From Eledone cirrhosa (Eukaryota): 64,000 nt of DNA. Below, one piece after another: positions 57,471 to 64,000 of this stretch. The position numbers and the translations under genes were made by a program. Numbering within the stretch: position 1 is the first letter of the stretch; each line of letters starts with the position of its first letter. The notes below the pieces were generated by a model. It did not search any database and was not told the origin of the DNA. It worked only from the letters and a program-made list of their open reading frames with translations. The stretch covers positions 363,940,001 through 364,004,000 of the forward strand of contig OZ024742.1 of assembly GCA_964016885.1 (NCBI GenBank). The letters run 5' to 3'.

Positions 57471-58799
57471 TTATGTGTGTAGGATGGTAAGACACACGTG
57501 GACAGCAGCACAACAGCTGTGTTATGTGTGTAGGATGGTAAGACACACGTGGACAGCAGCACAACAGCTGTGTTATGTGTGTAGGATGGTAAGACACACG
57601 TGGACAGCAGCACAACAGCTGTGTTATGTGTGTAGGAAGGTAAGACACCCGCGGATAGCAACACAACAGCTGTGTTATGTGTGTATGATGGTAAGACACA
57701 CGTGGACAGCAGCACAACAGCTATGTTATGTGTGTAGGAAGGTAAGACACACGTGGACAGCAACACAACAGCTGTCTTATGTGTGTAGGAAGGTAAGCCA
57801 CACGTGGACAGCAGCACAATAGCTGTGTTATGTGTGTATGATGGTAAGACACACGTGGACAGCAACACAACAGCTGTGTTATGTGTGTAGGATGGTAAAA
57901 CACACATGGAGAGCAGCACAACAGCTGTGTTATGTGTGTTTGATGGAAAGACACGTGGATAGCAGCACAACAGCTGTGTTATGTGTGTAGGAAGGTAAGA
58001 CACACGTGGAGAGCAACACAACAGCCGTGTTATGTGTGTAGGATGGTAAGACACACGTAGACAGCAGCGCAACAGCTGTGTTATGTGTGTAGGAAGGTAA
58101 GACACACGTGGACAGCAGCACAACAGCTGTGTTATGTGTGTAAGATTGTAAGACACTTGGACAGCAGCACAACAGCTGTGTTATGTGTGTAGAAAGGAAA
58201 GACACACGTGGACAGCAGCACAACAGCTGTGTTATGTGTGCAGGATGGTAAGACACACGTTGACAGCAGCACAAGAGCTGTGTTATGTGTGTAGGAAGGT
58301 AAGACACACGTGGACAGCAACACAACAGCTGTGTTATGTGTGTAGGATGGTAAGACACACGTGGACAGCAGCACAACAGCTGTGTTATGTGTGTAGGAAG
58401 GTAAGACACACGTGGACAGCAGCACAACAGCTGTGTTATGTGTGTAGGAAGGTAAGACACACGTGGACAGCAACACAACAGCTGTGTTATGTGTGTACGA
58501 AGGTAAGACACACGTGGACAGCAGCACAACAGCTGTGTTATGTGTGTAGGAAGCTAAGACACACGTGGACAGCAACACAACAGCTGTGTTATGTGTGTAG
58601 GAAGGTAAGACACACGTGGACAGCAGCACAACAGCTGTGTTATGTGTGTAGGATGGTAAGACACACGTGGACAGCAGCACAACAGCTGTGTTATGTGTGT
58701 AGGAAGGTAAGACACACGTGGACAGCAGCACAACAGCTGTGATATGTGTGTAGGATGGTAAGACACACGTGGACAGCAACACAACAGCTGTGTTATGTG

Positions 58800-61700
58800 T
58801 GTAGGATGGTAAGACACACGTGGACAGCAACACAACAGCCGTGTTATGTGTGTAGGATGGTAAGATACACGTAGACAGCAGCACAACAGCCGTGTTATGT
58901 GTGTAGGATGGTAAGACACACGTGGACAGCAGCACCACAGCCGTGTTATGTGTGTAGGATGGTAAGACACACGTGGACAGCAACACAACAACTGTGTTAT
59001 GTGTGTAGGATGGTAAGACACACGTGGACAGCAACACAACAGCCGTGTTATGTGTGTAGGAAGGTAAGACACACGTGGAAAGCAGCACAACAGCTGTGTT
59101 ATGTGTGTAGGAAGGTAAGACTAACGTGGACAGCAATACAACAGCCGTGTTATGTGTGTAGGATGGTAAGACACACGTGGACAGCAACACAACAGCCGTG
59201 TTATGTGTGTAGGATGGTAAGACACACGTGGACAGCAACACAACAGCCGTGTTATGTGTGTAGGAAGGTAATACACACGTGGACAGCAGCACAACAACTG
59301 TGTTATGTGTGTAGGATGGTAAGACACACGTGGACAGCAGCACAACAGCTGTGTTATGTGTATGGATTGGTAAGACACACGTGGACAGTAGCACAACAGC
59401 CGTGTTATGTGTGTAGATAGGTAAGACACACGTGGACAGCAGCACAACAGCTGTGTTATGTGTGTAGGATGGTAAGACACACGTGGACAGCAGCACAACA
59501 GCCGTGTTATGTGTGTAGGATGGTAAGACACACGTGGACAGCAACACAACAGCTGTGTTATGTGTGTAGGATGGTAAGACACACATGGAGAGCAGCACCA
59601 CAGCTGTGTTATGTGTGTATGATGGAAATACACGTGGATAGCAGCACAACAGCTGTGTTATGTGTGTAGGAAGGTATGACACACGCGGATAGCAACACAA
59701 CAGCCGTGTTATGTGTGTAGGATGGTAAGACACACGTGGACAGCAGCACCACAGCCGTGTTATGTGTGTAGGATGGTAAGACACACGTGGACAGCAACAC
59801 AACAGCTGTGTTATGTGTGTAGGATGGTAAGACACACGTGGACAGCAACACAACAGCCGTGTTATGTGTGTAGGATGGTAAGACACACGTGGACAGCAAC
59901 ACAACAGCCGTGTTATGTGTGTAGGAAGGTAATACACACGTGGACAGCAGCACAACAGCTGTGTTATGTGTGTAGGATGGTAAGACACACCTGGACAGCA
60001 GCACAACAGCTGTGTTATGTGTATGGATTGGTAAGACACACGTGGACAGTAGCACAACAGCCGTGTTACGTGTGTAGATAGGTAAGACACACGTGGACAG
60101 CAGCACAACAGCTGTGTTATGTGTGTAGGATGGTAAGACACACGTGGACAGCAACACAACAGCTGTGCTATGTGTGTATGATGGTATGACACACGTGGAC
60201 AGCAACACAACAGCTGTGTTATGTGTGTAGGATGGTAAGACACACATGGAGAGCAGCACCACAGCTGTGTTATGTGTGTATGATGGAAATACACGTGGAT
60301 AGCAGCACAACAGCTGTGTTATGTGTGTAGGAAGGTAAGACACACGCGGATAGCAACACAACAGCCGTGTTATGTGTGTAGGATGGTAAGACACACGTGG
60401 ACAGCAGCACCACAGCCGTGTTATGTGTGTAGGATGGTAAGACACACGTGGACAGCAACACAACAGCTGTGTTATGTGTGTAGGATGGTAAGACACACGT
60501 GGACAGCAACACAACAGCCGTGTTATGTGTGTAGGAAGGTAAGACACACGTGGAAAGCAGCACAACAGCTGTGTTATGTGTGTAGGAAGGTAAGACTAAC
60601 GTGGACAGCAATACAACAGCCGTGTTATGTGTGTAGGATGGTAAGACACACGTGGACAGCAACACAACAGCCGTGTTATGTGTGTAGGATGGTAAGACAC
60701 ACGTGGACAGCAACACAACAGCCGTGTTATGTGTGTAGGAAGGTAATACACACGTGGACAGCAGCACAACAGCTGTGTTATGTGTGTAGGATGGTAAGAC
60801 ACACGTGGACAGCAGCACAACAGCTGTGTTATGTGTATGGATTGGTAAGACACACGTGGACAGTAGCACAACAGCCGTGTTATGTGTGTAGATAGGTAAG
60901 ACACACGTGGACAGCAGCACAACAGCTGTGTTATGTGTGTAGGATGGTAAGACACACGTGGACAGCAGCACAACAGCCGTGTTATGTGTGTAGGATGGTA
61001 AGACACACGTGGACAGCAACACAACAGCTGTGTTATGTGTGTATGATGGTAAGACACACGTGGACAGCAACACAACAGCTGTGTTATGTGTGTAGGATGG
61101 TAAGACACACATGGAAAGCAGCACCACAGCTGTGTTATGTCTGTATGATGGAAATACACGTGGATAGCAGCACAACAGCTGTGTTATGTGTGTAGGAAGG
61201 TAAGACACACGTGGATAGCAACACAACAGCCGTGTTATGTGTGTAGGATGGTAAGACACACGTGGACAGCAGCACAACAGCTGTGTTATGTGTGTAGGAT
61301 GGTAAGACACACGTGGACAGCAGCACAACAGCTGTGTTATGTGTGTAGGATGGTAAGACACACGTGGACAGCAGCACAACAGCTGTGTTATGTAAGTAGG
61401 AAGGTAAGACACCCGTGGATAGCAACACAACAGCTGTGTTATGTGTGTATGATGGTAAGACACACGTGGACAGCAGCATAACAGCTATGTTATGTGTGTA
61501 GGAAGGTAAGACACACGTGGACAGCAACACAACAGCTGTGTTATGTGTGTAGGAAGGTTGACACACGTGGAAAGCAGCACAACAGCTGTGTTATGTGTGT
61601 AGGAAGGTAAGAAACACGTGGAAAGCAGGACAACAGCCGTGTTATGTGTGTAGATTGGTAAGACATACGTGGACAGCAACACAACAGCTGTGTTATGTGT

Positions 61701-64000
61701 GTAGGATGGTAAGACACACGTGGACAGCAACACAACAGCCGTGTTATGTGTGTAGGATGGTAAGACACACGTGGACAGCAGCACAACAGCCGTGTTATGT
61801 GTGTAGGATGGTAAGACACACGTGGACAGCAACACAACAGCTGTGTTATGTGTGTATGATGGTAAGACACACGTGGACAGCAACACAACAGCTGTGTTAT
61901 GTGTGTAGGATGGTAAGACACACATGGAGAGCAGCACCACAGCTGTGTTATGTGTGTATGATGGAAATACACGTGGATAGCAGCACAACAGCTGTGTTAT
62001 GTGTGTAGGAAGGTAAGACACACGTGGATAGCAACACAACAGCCGTGTTATGTGTGTAGGATGGTAAGACACACGTGGACAGCAGCACAACAGCTGTGTT
62101 ATGTGTGTAGGATGGTAAGACACACGTGGACAGCAGCACAACAGCTGTGTTATGTGTGTAGGATGGTAAGACACACGTGGACAGCAGCATAACAGCTATG
62201 TTATGTGTGTAGGAAGGTAAGACACACGTGGACAGCAGCACAACAGCCGTGTTATGTGTGTAGGAAGGTAAGACACACGTGGACAGCAACACAACAACTT
62301 TGTTATGTGTGTAGGAAGGTTGATACACGTGGACAGCAACACAACAGCCGTGTTATGTGTGTAGGATGGTAAGACACACGTGGACAGCAATACAACAGCC
62401 GTGTTATGTGTGTAGGATGGTTTAGACACACGTGGACAGCAACACAACAGCCGTGTTATGTGTGTAGGAAGGTAAGACACACGTGGACAGCAGCACAACA
62501 GCTGTGTTATGTGTGTAGGAAGATAAGACACACGTGGACAGCAGCACAACAGCCGTGTTATGTGTGTAGATTGGTTAGACATACGTGGACAGCATCACAA
62601 CAGCTGTGTTATGTGTGTAGGATGGTAAGACACACGTGGACAGCAACACAACAGTTGTGTTATGTGTGTAGGATGGTAAGACACACGTGGACAGCAAAAC
62701 AACAGCCGTGTTATGTGTGTAGGATGGTAAGATACACGTAGACAGCAGCACAACAGCCGTGTTATGTGTGTAGGATGGTAAGACACACGTGGACAGCGAC
62801 ACAACAGCTGTGTTATGTGTGTAGATTTGTAAGACACACGTGGACAGCAGCACCACAGCCGTGTTATGTGTGTAGGATGGTAAGACACACGTGGACAGCA
62901 ACACAACAGCTGTGTTATGTGTGTAGGATGGTAAGACACACGTGGACAGCAACACAACAGCCGTGTTATGTGTGTAGGAAGGTAAGACACACGTGGAAAG
63001 CAGCACAACAGCTGTGTTATGTGTGTAGGAAGGTAAGACTAACGTGGACAGCAATACAACAGCCGTGTTATGTGTGTAGGATGGTAAGACACACGTGGAC
63101 AGCAACACAACAGCCGTGTTATGTGTGTAGGATGGTAAGACACACGTGGACAGCAACACAACAGCCGTGTTATGTGTGTAGGAAGGTAATACACACGTGG
63201 ACAGCAGCACAACAGCTGTGTTATGTGTGTAGGATGGTAAGACACACGTGGACAGCAGCACAACAGCTGTGTTATGTGTATGGATTGGTAAGACACACGT
63301 GGACAGTAGCACAACAGCCGTGTTATGTGTGTAGATAGGTAAGACACACGTGGACAGCAGCACAACAGCTGTGTTATGTGTGTAGGATGGTAAGACACAC
63401 GTGGACAGCAGCACAACAGCCGTGTTATGTGTGTAGGATGGTAAGACACACGTGGACAGCAACACAATAGCTGTGTTATGTGTGTATGATGGTAAGACAC
63501 ACGTGGACAGCAACACAACAGCTGTGTTATGTGTGTAGGATGGTAAGACACACATGGAGAGCAGCACCACAGCTGTGTTATGTGTGTATGATGGAAATAC
63601 ACGTGGATAGCAGCACAACAGCTGTGTTATGTGTGTAGGTAGGTAAGACACACGTGGATAGCAACACAACAGCCGTGTTATGTGTGTAGGATGGTAAGAC
63701 ACACGTGGACAGCAGCACAACAGCTCTGTTATGTGTGTAGGATGGTAAGACACACGTGGACAGCAGCACAACAGCTGTGTTATGTGTGTAGGATGGTAAG
63801 ACACACGTGGACAGCAGTACAACAGCTGTGTTATGTGTGTAGGAAGGTAAGACACACGTGGACAGCAACACAACAGCTGTGTTATGTGTGTAGGAAGGTT
63901 GACACACGTGGAAAGCAGCACAACAGCTGTGTTATGTGTGTAGGAAGGTAAGAAACACGTGGACAGCAGGACAACAGCCGTGTTATGTGTGTAGATTGGT
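58800..64000. repeat. Regional subfamily with repeated ~0.65-0.9-kb blocks
   Basis: The marker order GGTAATACAC, TATGGATTGG, TAGATAGG, AGCACCACAG, GGAAATACAC recurs at ~59.3, 59.9, 60.7 and 63.2 kb. ORF ends are 59420, 60081, 60895 and 63338 (60895 to 63338 = 2,443). Confidence 0.85.

Larger units (their letters stand above)
1..64000. repeat. 51-bp tandem satellite array, ~1,255-1,260 head-to-tail monomers, extending beyond both window edges
   Basis: Bases 1-51 (TGTAGGAAGGTAAGACACACGTGGACAGCAACACAACAGCTGTGTTATGTG) recur with a 51-bp period to the last base. Every supplied ORF is a 17-aa repeat. The consensus has 24-26 G+C of 51. Most copies differ only at monomer positions 8, 31 and 41; a minority are 49-, 50-, 52- or 53-bp variants. 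Confidence 0.99.

Noticed and set aside
1-64000. CRISPR array or other repeat-spacer/cassette system
   Set aside because: There are no unique spacers: the whole 51 bp is repeated with only point variants. No cas, recombinase or reverse-transcriptase genes and no leader are present.
1-64000. Telomerase-synthesised telomeric repeat (GT-rich segment)
   Set aside because: The unit is longer than typical telomerase templates and lacks an overall G-rich strand with G-runs. Variants are inherited in multi-kb duplicated blocks, indicating recombinational amplification. A subtelomeric location is not excluded.
1-64000. tRNA, rRNA, snRNA or 5S tandem gene cluster, or transposon-derived sequence
   Set aside because: The 51-bp unit shows no cloverleaf, Pol III A/B boxes or similarity to RNA genes that I recognise. 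No TIR, LTR, poly(A) tail, target-site duplication or inversion was seen.

Overview
The whole 64-kb window is one uninterrupted head-to-tail tandem array (satellite DNA) of a 51-bp monomer, consensus TGTAGGA[A/T]GGTAAGACACACGTGGACAGCA[G/A]CACAACAGC[T/C]GTGTTATGTG, about 1,255-1,260 copies (64000/51), all in one orientation and running off both ends. I saw no unique sequence, transposon insertion, RNA gene, CRISPR spacer or credible protein-coding gene. The ORF track is a by-product of a 17-codon monomer with three stop-free frames. The information lies in the monomer variants. They show nested duplications (offsets of 13,645, 6,557, 6,360, 3,824/3,873, ~3,205-3,307, 2,443, 2,291, 1,324, 1,122, 712, ~661 bp and smaller), regional subfamilies, an old variant order shared across the array, and free reassortment of three biallelic sites. 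Each monomer also carries two E-box palindromes, a potential hairpin, and a splice-acceptor-like and donor-like pair around a 4-nt GA[A/T]G core. The source is probably eukaryotic heterochromatin, but neither the organism nor the satellite family can be named from sequence alone. No new biological system is demonstrated; the functional ideas below are hypotheses. Block boundaries are approximate unless stated otherwise.
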